In this document: piece after piece, positions 28,621 through 42,360 of the stretch
Layout of the letters: each line of letters begins with the position of its first letter
Position numbering within the stretch: position 1 is the stretch's first letter
Position numbers and translations under genes: made by a program
The notes under the pieces: model-generated
Told to the model about the DNA's origin: nothing
Seen by the model: the letters and a program-made list of their open reading frames with translations, nothing else
Database searches by the model: none
Assembly: GCF_006345805.1 (NCBI RefSeq)
Contig: NC_043006.1
Coordinates: forward strand, 39,804,001 to 39,868,000
Length of the DNA: 64,000 nucleotides
Direction: 5' to 3'
From: Octopus sinensis
Taxonomy: Eukaryota

Positions 28621-30469
28621 AAAAAAATCTAATGAACGACCAGTTGTTGATGAAAATATTCAGACTGAAAAGTGTTTTCCCCTTTTCTGTTGATGATCAC
28701 GGGACAAACGACCCTTTTCCATGGCCTGAACTGAACCTACGCCCCTGTCTACCTTTCTAATAGCATCGGCCCACTGAAATTTCATTTCCTCCCAATTCAG
28801 GCATTTCCTGCAGTTTTTGAATTGAATCAATTTAGGCCGAATCTTAACGGAATCGAATTCATCGGTTTCAGAGGACAAGTGACAGATATGAAAACTATCC
28901 CACCACCACCCAAACTTGCAACTGAAGCATTTCTGCTGATGTGAGAAAGAAAATAATGTTCCAAGTATCAGGTTGTTTTGTGCAGCATCAGGTTGGTTTT
29001 TATCGAGTAAGTAGACCGACGAAAAACACCAGGACAGTGCTGCACCCTTCGGTAAATACTGCACAAACGCGTGCTATCTTGCTTTAGTCCGCTCACATTA
29101 ACCCTTTGCTTATGCAAATATTTTCATAAGTTTGTCCTAAACGTCAAAGCTTGGTTCAGACCTCTAGTAAGCCCTTGTTTCATTCTTTCTGAGCTTTCCT
29201 TTACTAAAACCCATGTTATTCTGGTGACTGAAAAGCCAAAATTGCAACTGTGCATATGATGCATGGACGCCAGGGTAGGATGTCCTGTATTTCACAGTGA
29301 TACACAGGCGAATACCTTGTTTCATTCGTTCCGAGTCGTAAAAAGCTTCCCTTTTATTTCATAAGTCCCAAGTTATTCTGGTGGTTGAAAAAAATATTGG
29401 TATATGCGTTATGATGCATGGACGCCAAGGTATAAAGTTCTGTGTATAAAAGTTATACACAAGCAAGGGGATAGTTCAATGAGGCTCAATATAAAAAAGG
29501 CTCCCGAATATTTCCATTTTCGATGTACATGAAACGATAACTCTTTTACTGTTTTACTTGTTTCAGTCATGAGGTTCGTTAGCAAGCTACTTACCACACA
29601 GCTACACCTACGGCTATATGAAAATTTTAAAGGGGACGTTAACTGTCTTTTAGGCATGCATCATATCTGCATTTGGAGGTTTTAGGTCCTATAAACGTCA
29701 TCGTCAATCAAAAATATATATTGCCTGATGGGGTCACAATCAATTAATTGTTAGTTTGTTTGAGGTGACGCTTAATGCAAATAAACGTCCATGAAAGCTG
29801 GAAGAAACGAGCGATTAAAACGTTCGCTTCTCAATCATATGATTACATGTTTTATTCTATTTTATGGCTCCTTAAAAAAAGGATAGCACCATAAAAACTT
29901 TCAATGACCTCAGTATATTGAAATTCTCTATGGAAATAAGGTTTCGTCGTAGGGTAGTAACATTATTTGATATTCCTGACAAACTTGATCAGTTAAATTT
30001 CTCTCCATTTATTGAGCTGTTTATTGTAAAGAGAAGTTTTTGTATATTCAGAGAAATTATCAGTCTGTTGTTGCATACGCAGAAAAGAGACAGAAGACAA
30101 ATAACAACTGTATGTTACTTTGAATATACTTAAACATAACAAATAGCTCAGGAGGCGACATTGTGCGCAAGTATTTTTCGACATTATCATTGTTAAAATT
30201 GCTTCCAGCGAAATTTATAGAGTTGTTTGGAACAAGGAAGGATGTGATTATCTACGCAGGGCGAATGTAAATTACTCTAAGCAATGAAAATCTGTTACGG
30301 ATATAGAAAGCTATATGTTTGAGAGGAATATGTAACTTTTCTATAAATCTCCGTTGTCTACTGTATTTCTTAGATAACAATCACAAACAATTCGTCATCC
30401 GCGTAGTTATTATTGCTGTCGCCGTCGCCATTATCTTGTTCTTCTTTTTCTGCTTTTTCATCACAATTT

Positions 30470-30954
30470 TATTATTATTTTATCATCATCATCATCATCA
30501 TCATAGTGATCGTCATCATCGTCATCATCACTATCATCATGATCATCGTCATCATGATCATCGTCATCATCATCATTATTTTCATTCACCATCATTATTA
30601 CAAATGCATGGCAAAAATATCATGTGGCACACGTTCATGCACTTTGCATTCTGAGTTCAAATCCCACCGCGACCAACACGCTTTTCATCCCCACCCAAAT
30701 ACAGAGATCGATGATATCGACTAAGACAATTTCCTCAAATTTGCAGGCATTGTGCCTAAATTAGAAAGGATTATCCTTATCCTTATTATCATCACTGCTG
30801 TTTTTGTAGTTGTTGTTGCTGTTGTTGTTGTTGTTATTGTTGTTATTGTTGCTGTTGTTGTTGTTATTGTTGTTGTCGTTGTTGGTGGTGTTGGTGGTGG
30901 TGGTGGTGGTGGTGGCGGCGGCAGCAGCAGCAGCAGTAGCAGTAGTAGCAGTAG

Positions 30955-31000
<46 letters not shown>

Positions 31001-31020
31001 TGTTGTTTGTTTGAGTTGTT
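30470..31020. repeat. Compound trinucleotide microsatellites (ATC, GTT, GGT, AGC, AGT)
   Basis: Successive degenerate triplet arrays with a small SINE family 1 remnant (about 30645-30769) between them. Confidence 0.9.
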
Positions 31021-31105
31021 GCTGCACTAGTAGTTAGGCGTTGAGCTTTGCCAATTTGAACAAACTTTTGTGTTAACATAGGCAAAAACACTACAGACAT
31101 TTATG

Positions 31106-31256
31106 AGGCACAGATGTAGCTGTGTGCTAAGAAGGTTGCTTCAAACTACATGGTTCCGATTTCAGTCCCTGCATGGTATGGGCAAGTTGTCTTCTGCTAC
31201 AGCCTTGTGAGTGGATTTGGAAGACGGAAACTGAAACAAGCCCGTCGTATATATAT

Positions 31257-31298
<42 letters not shown>

Positions 31299-31975
31299 TA
31301 GCAGTACGCCCGGCGTTGCTCAGGTTTGTAAGGAAATAACTATAAAGCATTTTTAGATAGTTATAGCCAAAAAAGCAAAAAAATGGAAAAAAATGATGGC
31401 AAATTTTTTTTTGAGATTTAAAAAAGGTAGGGTTGTGTCCTCCCGAGTGTTGTGTTCGTACCTCTCGAATCATGTCCGTAATCTACATGTCGATTTTCGA
31501 TTTTTTCAGAACTGGGGAACTTTTCAATTTTCGCTGCGTTAGTTTTGAATTATGACATTGGGCTATGTGTGTGTCAAGTTCCATCAGAATCGGTTGAAAG
31601 CCGTGGTCAGGGTGAGGGTACAAGCAAACAGACACACGAAACACGCACAGACAAACTGCCGTTTATATAGAGAGAGATATTATATTATATATACATATAT
31701 ATGTGTGTGTATGTGTATGTGTGTGTGTGTGTGTGTATGTGTGTGCGTGTGTGTGTATGTTTGTGTGTTTGTGTTTGTACCTCCACAATCGTTTGACAAC
31801 CGATGCTTGCGTGTTTACGACCCCCGTAACTTATGGGTTCGGCAAAAGTCACCGATAGAATAAGTACTAGGCGTACAAAGAATAATTCCTGGGTCGATTG
31901 GTTCGACTAAAGCCGGTGCTCCAGCATAACCGCAGTCAAATGACTAAAACAAGTAAAAGAATAAAAGAATAAAAA
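31106..31975 (+). mobile_element. SINE family 2 split by a Helitron-like insertion
   Basis: 5' half at 31106-31250, insert at 31297-31678, 3' half at about 31690-31975 ending in TAAAAGAA repeats. Confidence 0.8.
31297..31678 (+). mobile_element. Non-autonomous Helitron/Helentron-like element
   Basis: 5' ACTAGCAGTACGCCCGGCGTTGCTC, 3' CTGCCGTTTATATAGAGAGAGAT. The 5' roughly 100 bp recur in inverted orientation at about 60190-60312. Confidence 0.6.
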
Positions 31976-32805
31976 TGCTCCAGACTGCTTAAAGATTTAC
32001 TCTTTTGCTGACACCAGCGGTTTAGGGACGATAGAAAAGAGGTGATAGACGATAGAAAAGAGGGGATAGAGGATAGACAGGAGGTGACAGGCGAGAGAAA
32101 AGAAGTGACAGACGATAGAAAGGATGTGACAGACGATTGAAAGAAGGTGACAGACGATAGAAAGGAAGTGACAGACGATTGAAAGGAGGTGACAGACGAT
32201 AGAAAGGAAGTGACAGACGATAGAAAGGAAGTGACAGACGATTGAAAGGGTGTGACAAATGATAGAAAGGAGGTGATAGACGATGAGACAGGAGCGAGAG
32301 GGACGTCAGAAGATCAGAGCTAATTGGGAAAATTCTCAATTTCCTAAAAGAAGACCGTTGTGTGTCTATAGGGACAGTAAATATACAATTTGGAGTTGGT
32401 GTGGCAACTGGACAGAAAATTATTCATCAAAACCTGAACATGCGCAAAATTTGTGCAAAGTTTGCTCCCAGTGACCTCGGTGAAAAGCATCCTGGTAACC
32501 AACTATTTGATAGAGATAGGTATCAAAGCAGTCTTTTGTCGTCACTACAGTCCACGCTTTGATCTTTGGAACTTTTGTTTGTTCCTCAAACTGAATGAGA
32601 ACCTCAGGTCAGTCGTTTTGAAGATGAAGGAGGCTGTGACAAAGGTTTTCGACCTCTTCACTTTGGGGGGCTGGTTTTCGAAGGGGAGGGAGTGTTACAA
32701 CGCGTGCATTGAAGCAAGAGAGTCCTACTTTGAAAGAGACTGGAGTGTCATACTTCTTTGAAATTAATAATTATCCATTCTGAAGATGTCTGAAAACTTC
32801 TGGAA
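31974..32805 (+). pseudogene. Mariner transposase remnant
   Basis: MLQTA..HQRFRDDRKEVI, ELIGKILNFLKEDRCVSIGTV, IIHQNLNMRKICAKFAP (WVPREL-equivalent), HYSPRFDLWNFCLFLKL (YSPDLAPCD-equivalent) and YNACIEARESYFE. Confidence 0.8.
32027..32284 (+). repeat. 21-bp minisatellite, 12 units
   Basis: Consensus GACGATAGAAAGGAAGTGACA. Unit 1 starts at 32027 and unit 13 starts at 32279 (12 x 21 bp). Confidence 0.92.
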
Positions 32806-33302
32806 TATATGTCCGGGAAAATGCTTAACTGTATCTTTCCCGGTTCTCTCCGCGCTGAGCTCAAATTCCACCAAGGGTCAACTTTGTTTTTCAACAAGAA
32901 TAGTACCAACAGTATATTCGAAATTTCGGTCAGCCAATGCAACATCGGACTACGAAACTCCGAAGTCACTCTCAATTCTTGTTAAAGAATAATAAATTTG
33001 TACCCAACAAAAGTTTAAAACCATACACCAATACATGTATATGTATATGTATATGTATATGTATGTACGTACGTATGTATGTAGGTACGTACGTATGTAT
33101 GTATGTATGTATGTATGTATGTATGTATGTATGTATGTATGTATGTATGTATGTATGTATGTATAAAGCTTGTGTGTAGAAAATTTGTTACCAGTTCAAA
33201 TATGCTTGAGGCATAATCGATAATACCTCAAGCCTATTTGAACTGGTATCAAGTTTGCATTTGTACGCACCACTGCTTAACACTTCTATTCCGTAGTGTG
33301 TG

Positions 33303-33355
<53 letters not shown>

Positions 33356-33392
33356 CATATATATGTATGTGTGTGTCTGTGCGTCTGTGTGT

Positions 33393-33636
33393 GTGAAGGC
33401 ACGTGGCTTAGTAAGGTTGTCAGCATCATGATCGTAAGATTTTGGCTTCGATTCCTGGACCGAGCGACGCGTTGTGATCTTGAGCAAAACACTTCATTTC
33501 ACGTTGCTCCAGTCCACTCAGCTGGCAAAAATGAGTAATGCTGCGATGAACTGGAGTCCTGTCCAGCTGGGGAACTTATCTGCCATTGAAACCGGGAAAC
33601 CGGGCCCATGATCCTGACTAGGCTTTAAAAGGGCGC
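33393..33636 (+). mobile_element. SINE family 3
   Basis: GTGAAGGCACGTGGCTTAGTAA...GCTTCGATTCCTGGACC...TCTTGAGCAAAACACTTCATTTCACGTTGCTCCAG. Confidence 0.8.
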
Positions 33637-33640
33637 ATTG

Positions 33641-33709
<69 letters not shown>

Positions 33710-33904
33710 ATATATATATGTATTTGGAAAAATTTTACACTCAAACGCAACAAATTCTTCTGCAATATAAGGATGTTCTATCCTATTTATGCTATTCAGC
33801 ATTACTATTATGCATTTGAGAGTAAAATATTTCCATATTTGTATATTTCTATACATCTCAACGCTTTTAAAAAATCAAACTTTGTTTACACACATCATAA
33901 TTTC

Positions 33905-33952
<48 letters not shown>

Positions 33953-33956
<4 letters not shown>

Positions 33957-34608
33957 CGCAGGTGTGGCTGTATGGTAAGAAGCTTGCTTCCCAACCGCAT
34001 GGTTCCGGGTTCAGTCCCACTGCGTGGAGTCTTGGGCAAGTGTCTCGTACTATAGCCTCGGGACGATGAAAGACTTGTGAGTGGATTTGGTAGACAGAAA
34101 CGGAAAGAAATATATAAGTCCTACCAGCTGAAAGCTCCGCATATCAGTAAATTTATAGGGTCATCAGGAAAGATTGCGCGTCGTTTCGGGGCCTACCCCT
34201 CGACAGCATCATTGTCCATCATCTCCTCTTACTAAAATAAGGTCCCACACGCAAGATCAACTGGTTATCAGATTTAATTCAATATTCCTCTAGCTATTCC
34301 TCATCGTCTCTCTTAACCAAATACAAACATACGGATACACATACATACACATACATACAGACAGACACACATATATTCGTTTACTCTTTTACTTGTTTCA
34401 GTCATTTGACTGCGGCCATGCTGGAGCACCAAATTTAGTCGAACAAATTGACCCAGGACTTATTCTTTGTAAGCCTAGTGTTCATTGTATCGGGCTCTTT
34501 ATGCCAAACCGCTAAGTGACTGGGACGTAAACATACCGACATCGGATGTCAAGTGATGTTATGAGGACAAACACAGACACAAAGAACAAATACATACATA
34601 CAATATAT

Positions 34609-34659
<51 letters not shown>

Positions 34660-34822
34660 CGGGCTTTTTTTTTAGTTTCCGTCTACCAAATCCAGACACA
34701 AGGCTTTGGTCGGCCCAACGCTATAGTAGGAAACACTTGCTCAAGTGACACGCAGTGAGACAGAACCCAAAACCATATGGTTGCGAAGCAAGCTTCTTAC
34801 CACACAGCCACTCCTGCGCCTA
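33953..34822. mobile_element. Two SINE family 2 copies in opposite orientation (33953-34110 +, 34380-34822 -)
   Basis: The plus copy has head and CORE-like body only. The minus copy is full length with a central (AT)n. Confidence 0.85.
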
Positions 34823-34986
34823 TATATATATATATATTATATAGATATATATATATATATAATATATATATATTATATATATATATACATATATATATAA
34901 TATATATATAATATATATATATATACATATATATATAATATATATATATATACATATTATATATATATATATATAATATATATATA

Positions 34987-35027
<41 letters not shown>

Positions 35028-35029
<2 letters not shown>

Positions 35030-35171
35030 AACTAGATCGGAGGGGAGACAATGCACAATGCTATTCATTTAGCTACCGTGTAGTTAACAAGTATGGGGTT
35101 TCGAATGAGTTAAGACTCCTTTCGTCGTAACTTGGACAAACGTGTTCTATGAATTGGTAGACGAGATTAGT

Positions 35172-35209
<38 letters not shown>

Positions 35210-35236
35210 GCATTGTCTCCCCTCCGATCTAGTTCC
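35028..35236. repeat. Perfect 32-bp inverted repeat
   Basis: GGAACTAGATCGGAGGGGAGACAATGCACAAT (35028-35059) is the exact reverse complement of 35205-35236. Confidence 0.92.
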
Positions 35237-35929
35237 GTACTTCGTTTGGATCTATTCTGACATCTCTAACATCTACCGTCCCTCGTATCTCGTCTTCACA
35301 TTGCATTATCTCCCATTTTTGTTTTATATGCACACTCTTCTTTCTACTTTAGTGTCCTTTATTATTGTAAGCTCCTTTCTGTGTTTACTAACTTTTGAGT
35401 AAGATTTTATATTTATCATCTGAAGTTACGTATTGGTAGTATTTCCTTTCCTATCGAATCTCTGTATTATACTTTCACTTTCGTTATCGCTATCACTACT
35501 AATTGTAGAAGAGATCAAATGGCTGAAATCTGTGGCATATATTTCATGTGTTTTGATTATTGCTTTAAGACTTTCACAAGAATTCTTTATGGCACTTTTC
35601 AACACTTTTCGAAGTTTTCTTCGATAATGACTTACTGTTAGACACGATATTCTCTCAATATACTTTCTTGTCTCTGAGACTGTCTTTTATTTCGTTTACC
35701 ATTAGATTATCTGTCTGAATGTCACCGTCTGATTGGTGGTTTGTATTCATTGAGGCCTGAAGAGGTTACATACCTTGTCATGTGCTACAATCAACCATTA
35801 CTACCTCCTCTCGCCTCACTTATTGCTGCACACTGTTAATTTCTTCTGTTGCATCTTAAACATCTCGTCTGATGTTTGACAGAAAAACGGTTGCCGTCTA
35901 TATTTTATCTGACGGTTCATGATTCCTTG

Positions 35930-36101
35930 TGTTGTTACTACTACTACTACTACTACTACACTACTACTACCACCACCACCACCACCAGTACCACCACCAC
36001 TACTACTACTGCCGTCGCCGCCGCCACCACTGCTGCTGCTATTGCTACTACTACTATTACTACTACTGCTGCCACTACTAATACTTCTGTTACTACTACT
36101 A

Positions 36102-36176
<75 letters not shown>

Positions 36177-36178
36177 GA
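35930..36178. repeat. (ACT/ACC/GCT)n compound microsatellite
   Basis: Degenerate triplet array. Confidence 0.9.
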
Positions 36179-36804
36179 AATGAAGTGAAAGTAAAAGTAG
36201 CCACAGACTTTTCAGTCTAACATCTGAAGTAATATATCAATGGTTCCGATACAGGGCACCACGGCCAAAATATTACAGTCCAGGTCGCTAACGAGAGAAG
36301 AAATAGGACATGAAGAGCAGAGTGGCCGATCTCAACCTGAAAGAAAAAGTTTTTCCTGAATGCTTGGGCAGAAGTGGCGAGTTCATATATTGCCACCCGA
36401 TTGTCGTTCACTTTTGAGCAGCTTTGATCTCCTGATCTTCCGCTTTCTGCGGAATAAACGTGCTCTACTTGTCACGCACTTCATTTGATGTTAATATCAA
36501 CTGTGTGACGGACTGGACACGCTGTGATTGACGATGCGTAGACATGCGCTGATGTTGCGGCATAACCAGTGGTTCCTTGTTGTTGAGCAGGTGATCACAG
36601 TTTTCAGATTTTCCTTTACACAGATCATCTCTTTGACAGAGAAAATGCTTAGCGCTATGTCTTCCAATGCAATACGCTCTGAGTTCAAATACCGCCAAAA
36701 TAGAGTTTACTTTCCAGCTCTGGGATCGATGTAATCGACTCACCCCTCCCCACAAAAGTTGCTGGCCCTATGCTCAACATTAAAACCAAAATGTCTTTTC
36801 TGAT

Positions 36805-37057
36805 GTCGTTATCGATGAGGAGGAGGAGAGGGAGGACGATGAGGATGAGGATGATGATGATGGGGAGGAGGATGAGGATGAGGATAATGACGATGACAAC
36901 GATAACCTTGATGATGATGATGACGATGATGACGATGTTAAAGATGATGATGATGATGATGATGATGGTGAAGATGATGACGATGACGACGACGACGACA
37001 ATGATGATTATGATGATGACGACGATGATAGCCATGATGATGATGGTGATGATGATG

Positions 37058-37089
<32 letters not shown>

Positions 37090-37208
37090 GATGATGACGA
37101 TGATGACGACGACTATGACGATGATGATGACGATGATGTCGATGATGATGACGATAATGACGATGATGACGGCGACGACGACGACGACGACGACGATGAT
37201 GATGATGT
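36805..37208. repeat. (GAT/GAC)n compound microsatellite
   Basis: Degenerate triplet array. Gives poly-M, poly-H and poly-S spurious ORFs. Confidence 0.9.
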
Positions 37209-38976
37209 TGCACTCTTTATTCCATTCCTATTGACGGAGTACCTCAGTGGTTATTTCGCTGAAGTGCACCTCCCGTTTGCGATATCTTTAAAACGAATAT
37301 ATTGAAATTGGTTTAGTAACTAATATGTCTGCTTTTGACGAGATCAAAGAACTATCAGCAGTGATTGAAGCCGTGTCAGCCAGCCAGCCAGCCAACCAAC
37401 CAACCAGCCAGCCAGCTAGCTTCACAATTTCCAGTAAATCGAGGATCGGTGCTTACTTCCCCAACTTGTGCCGAAAATAAGTTTGTTGTGTAGATAACAG
37501 ACTCGTTTAATTTCCAGAAACTTCCTTTCTAGTCGCTTGCTGATAAAATTGGCGGTAAGGACACCAGCTCTTGGATCGCTTGTGGAATTTCGGTAAAGAT
37601 CACATGCTAAAAATCCGTTAATGTACTGATGTTACTACTGTTCATGTTATAACTTGTTTAAGCGTAGACGTGTGCTGTATATAGTCACATTGTATATTCT
37701 GGTCGAAAATAAGTATACTTCATCTGCGATGTTATTCATACGACTTACATGCGACTGTGTGATATGTAGCGAGTCGTCAAATAGATTCGTTCATTTCTTA
37801 CGAATGTTATATGAATTGAGTTTTATGAATTTGAGTTTTATGATGTTTTATTATTATTATTTTTTTTAGTTTTAGCTTTATTCTTCTACAACTTTTGTTT
37901 ATCAGTTTTGAAATTTGAATAATTTTTTACCTTTTTGCAGATATATAGTGATGGAGTGCCAAGCGGGTACAAAAAAAAGAGCATTTTCTTCTCCTCGCTT
38001 TTAGTCATGGAGCGAAATTTATCAAAGCCGAACGAGACATTTGTGTTGTGTACGGAGAATGCTCTATAACTGAAAGAACTACATGAAAATGGTTTCCCCA
38101 TTTTGAGTCGGAGAAAGTCAACCTCATATTCGAGCTAAACTGTTAACTTCAGTAAGATTCAATTGAACGAGATCAAACACGAGAATCCGCGTCAATCTAC
38201 TAGGGAACAGGCCTAACAGATCAGATGCTCTCATCCATACCGTCACATTCACTCGACGGAAGGGCTCCCAAAACTCGATGTATGGGTCACAGAAGCTCCG
38301 AGCGAAAGAGACAATTGGAAAAAGATAAACGAACTTATCTAACAACACCCGCTATCTTTTTTACTGTTTTGGGTTTCATTTTTACACATTTGATTCTTTA
38401 TTTATCCTTCTGGCTATGATCATTACATTTTGGTCATGCTGAGATATCACTTCCATAGACTTTTAGTCGAAAATATCTATTCCAGTACAACTTTCAATCT
38501 TGCATATTTTCATTGATTTCTATTTATCGAACACCACGTTAGCTTATCTCTTACAGGACGCTCGGATTACGCTGATAAACATAATTACAGGTGAGGATAC
38601 GGACACACTTCTCCGAATACACACACATTTACATGTTCTTTTATTCCTCTATTTGTTTCAGTCATTTCACTGCGGCCATGATGGAGCACCAGCTTTACTC
38701 GAACAAATCACCCGCCAGGACTTATTTTTGTAAGCCTAGTACTTATTCTATCGGGCTCTTTTGATGTGAGTATGTACATATACGTGTGTATATATGCATA
38801 AGCATGTGAGTATTGGCAGCTGTGTGGAGTGGAATAACGTGAAATGAAGACTTTGCTCCTGAAATCGAACCCACGACCTTACGCTCGTCACTGCAAAAAT
38901 CAGTATATATATATAGAGAGAGAGAGAAAGAGGGAGAGAGAGATGCATATGTTTATATACATATTACATATATCAT

Positions 38977-39025
<49 letters not shown>

Positions 39026-39247
39026 ATATATATATATACCTTCATACATACATATAAATATATATATTATAAAGTACATATGTATACATGTTTATATTAT
39101 AGACATATACATATATATATATATATATATATACCTTCATACATACATACATAAAATATATATTATAAATGTACATATGTATACATGTTTATATGTATAG
39201 ACATATACATATATATATATGTATATACATATAGACAGACGCACATG

Positions 39248-39296
<49 letters not shown>

Positions 39297-39431
39297 TATA
39301 TAAGAGAAAGAGGAAGAGAGAGATGCAGATGTTTATATATATATATTCATACATACATATAAACACATATATCATACATATACATTAACATATTAATATT
39401 ATATTATCCTATATATATATGTATACACTTT

Positions 39432-39463
<32 letters not shown>

Positions 39464-40431
39464 ATACATATACATATGTATATATATATGTGTGTGTGTA
39501 TATATATATATATATATAAAAATACGTACATAACCATACACATATTTATAAATGTAACTTTTGTTTGTAGCTTTAAAGATGGATATTAATTTCGTAGCTG
39601 CATAAAAGGGAAGAAATGTTGTATTCTTTATGTAAATAAACGAGGAAAATTTCGTGCGTATCAAATATTGAGTATTTAATATTTAGAAAGTGTATATTTA
39701 CAGTAAACAAAAATTCAATTCCAAAATTGAATTATCTTCGTGTTCCTTGTGTTGTTGATTTAGGGATCCGATGAAGAACACGAATGTCGGCTCTCCTTGT
39801 TGATGTTGTTGTTGGTGGCGTTGATGATAATGATGATGATGATAACGACGATCTTGTTATGATTAAAAATACGGGCCATTCCTGATCGAGCAGATTTTTG
39901 TTCAAAGACATTCCAATGAATGTCCATCTCGATATTGGTTTCCGGTTTTCTTGATAATTTTGCTGCTGCTGATACTGCTACTGCTACTGTTGTTGTTGTT
40001 TTGTTGTTGTTGTTGCTCTCTTCTTCTTCTTCTTCTTCTTCTTCTTCTTCTTCTTCTTCTTCACCTTCTTCTTCTTCTTCTTCTTCTTCACCTTCTCCTC
40101 CTTCTTCACCTTCTTCTTGCTACAGCTGTTTGTTCGTTTACGTTTGTTTTCGTTCGAGCAGGTCGGCGATGTTATTGAGCAGTCAGCAACAACTGCACAA
40201 CATCACCATCAGTACGATGGTCATCATCATCATCATCATCATCATCGTCATCCTCGTTATCTACATCACCATCACCACCATCAACGTTGTCATCATTACA
40301 CTATTGTCATCACCATCAATAGCCGCCTCATGATCATCGTGTATGTCTGTCTGTAAGTATGTTATATATATATATATATATATAATATATATATATAATA
40401 TATATATATAAAATATACTACATATATATAC

Positions 40432-40462
<31 letters not shown>

Positions 40463-40558
40463 CATATATATATATATGTATGTGTATATATATATATGTT
40501 TATAATGTCAATATATATATACAGACATATATATATGCACATACATACATATTATATA

Positions 40559-40589
<31 letters not shown>

Positions 40590-40689
40590 TATATATATAT
40601 ATATATATATAGAGAAATATATTAATATATATATATATAGACTATATATATGTATGCATACATATGTATTTATGCATGCTTTCATTCTT

Positions 40690-40991
40690 TTATTTTTTAC
40701 TTGTTTCAGTCATTTTTCTGTGGCCATGCTGGGGCACAGACTTTTCAGTCCAAGAAATTGACTCCAGAACTTATTCTTTATAAGCGTAGTACTTAGTCTA
40801 CCGGTTGTCTTTTGCCGAACAGCTTAGTTACGGGAACGTAAACAAATCAACATCGATTGTCTAGCGGTGGTGGGGAGACAAATCAGACACACAAATACAT
40901 ACATACATACATACATACATACATACATACATACATACATACATGCATATATACATAATCTATATATATATATACATATATATCTATATAT

Positions 40992-41038
<47 letters not shown>

Positions 41039-41183
41039 GACGACCTTCTTTCAGTTTCCTTCTACAAATCCACTAATAAGGCTTTGGTCGGCCCGAGGCT
41101 ATAGTAGAAGACACTTACCCAATATACCACGCAATGGGATTGAACTCGGAACCAAGTTTCTTACCACACACCACTCCTGCACG
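40690..41183 (-). mobile_element. SINE family 2
   Basis: Tail TTTTACTTGTTTCAGTC at about 40695, head ...CACCACTCCTGCAC at about 41170-41182, central (ATAC)/(AT) run. Confidence 0.8.
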
Positions 41184-41995
41184 TATTATTATTATTTTTT
41201 TTTTTTTTATATCGCTATTTACTTTTAATCTGCATGTTTGTTACAATCACTTACCGAGATACACCCAGCCTCTTAAAGCGAGTGAATGATAAGTGATGTT
41301 ACAGTATGACTGAAAGCTTGGGGAGGGGAAGTAGAAGGGGCAGTAGCAAAATATCTTCATGTAATATAACACAATCATTTAATTTGATAAGGCTTTTCTA
41401 AGGATGTGGGCAGTATTTGGTAGTACAGTCTTTTGGATTTCTCTGCGACATGGTTCTCCTGGGATGTTATCTAGATGTTTCTGACATCCCTTTTTTATCA
41501 TACCTAGGGCACCTACAGTAACAGGAACAGTTCTTGCTTTAAGATGCCACATCTTTTGTATTTCAATTTCCAGGTCCTTATATTTACTTAATTTGTGAAA
41601 TTTCTTTATAAATGTATTTTTATCAGTGCGAATACATCTATTGATTTACAAGTATTTTCTTCCCTGTCTTTTATCATTAATATCTGGTCGATTAGCTTGT
41701 TAATGTTGATTGGAAAATCCCAGAGGATAGTGACAACTGGCTCAGGATTGACGTTCATACCAGTAAGAAGGAGTGCTGATTTTGTAGTGTTTACATATTT
41801 TCCAATATACATACTCTCCTACGCTATCGTGGAGATTTTTGTATTCCTTTGATGTCAGCAAAGGACTTCCTGAAACGCGATGGTTTATTGTTTCATTAAA
41901 AGTGTTGTAGAATCTGCATTCAGGGTCAGAACCGTCCTGAAGAACATTAAACTGGTAGTTTCTGGTAAGCAAGCTTTGAGGTTATATCACCAATA
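41184..41995 (-). mobile_element. R4/Dong-like non-LTR retrotransposon 3' fragment (CCHC plus restriction-like endonuclease)
   Basis: LTRNYQFNVLQDGSDPECRFYNTFNETINHRVSG (degenerate CCHC), YVYWKICKHY, TILWDFPI, DQILMIKDREENTCKSID (PD..D/ExK region), KLSKYKDLEIEIQKMW, VPVTVGALG and TAHILRKALSN*. Stop at 41379-41381. Confidence 0.8.
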
Positions 41996-41998
41996 TTA

Positions 41999-42031
<33 letters not shown>

Positions 42032-42052
42032 CATTATTATTATTATTATTAT

Positions 42053-42104
<52 letters not shown>

Positions 42105-42105
<1 letters not shown>

Positions 42106-42290
42106 AGGCGGTGAGCTGGCAGAACCGTTAGAGCGCCGGGCAAAATGCTTTGTGGCATTTGAGTTCAAATTCCGCCGAGGTTGACTTTGTCTCTCATTCT
42201 TTTGGGGGTCGATAATTTAAGTACCAGTGAAACACTGGGATCGATGTAATCAACTTCTCCCCTGCCAGGTCCTGTGCCTATAGTAAAAAG
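42105..42290 (+). mobile_element. SINE family 1, old subtype
   Basis: GAGGCGGTGAGCTGGCAGAACCGTTAG...GAGTTCAAATTCCGCCGAGG...GTGCCTATAGTAAAAAG. Confidence 0.8.
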
Positions 42291-42291
42291 A

Positions 42292-42346
<55 letters not shown>

Positions 42347-42360
42347 TATTATCATTATTC

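Noticed and set aside
29173-29433. Degenerate roughly 145-bp tandem duplication (CCTTGTTTCATTC...ATGATGCATGGACGCCA)
   Set aside because: It is an old two-copy local duplication with no further structure evident.
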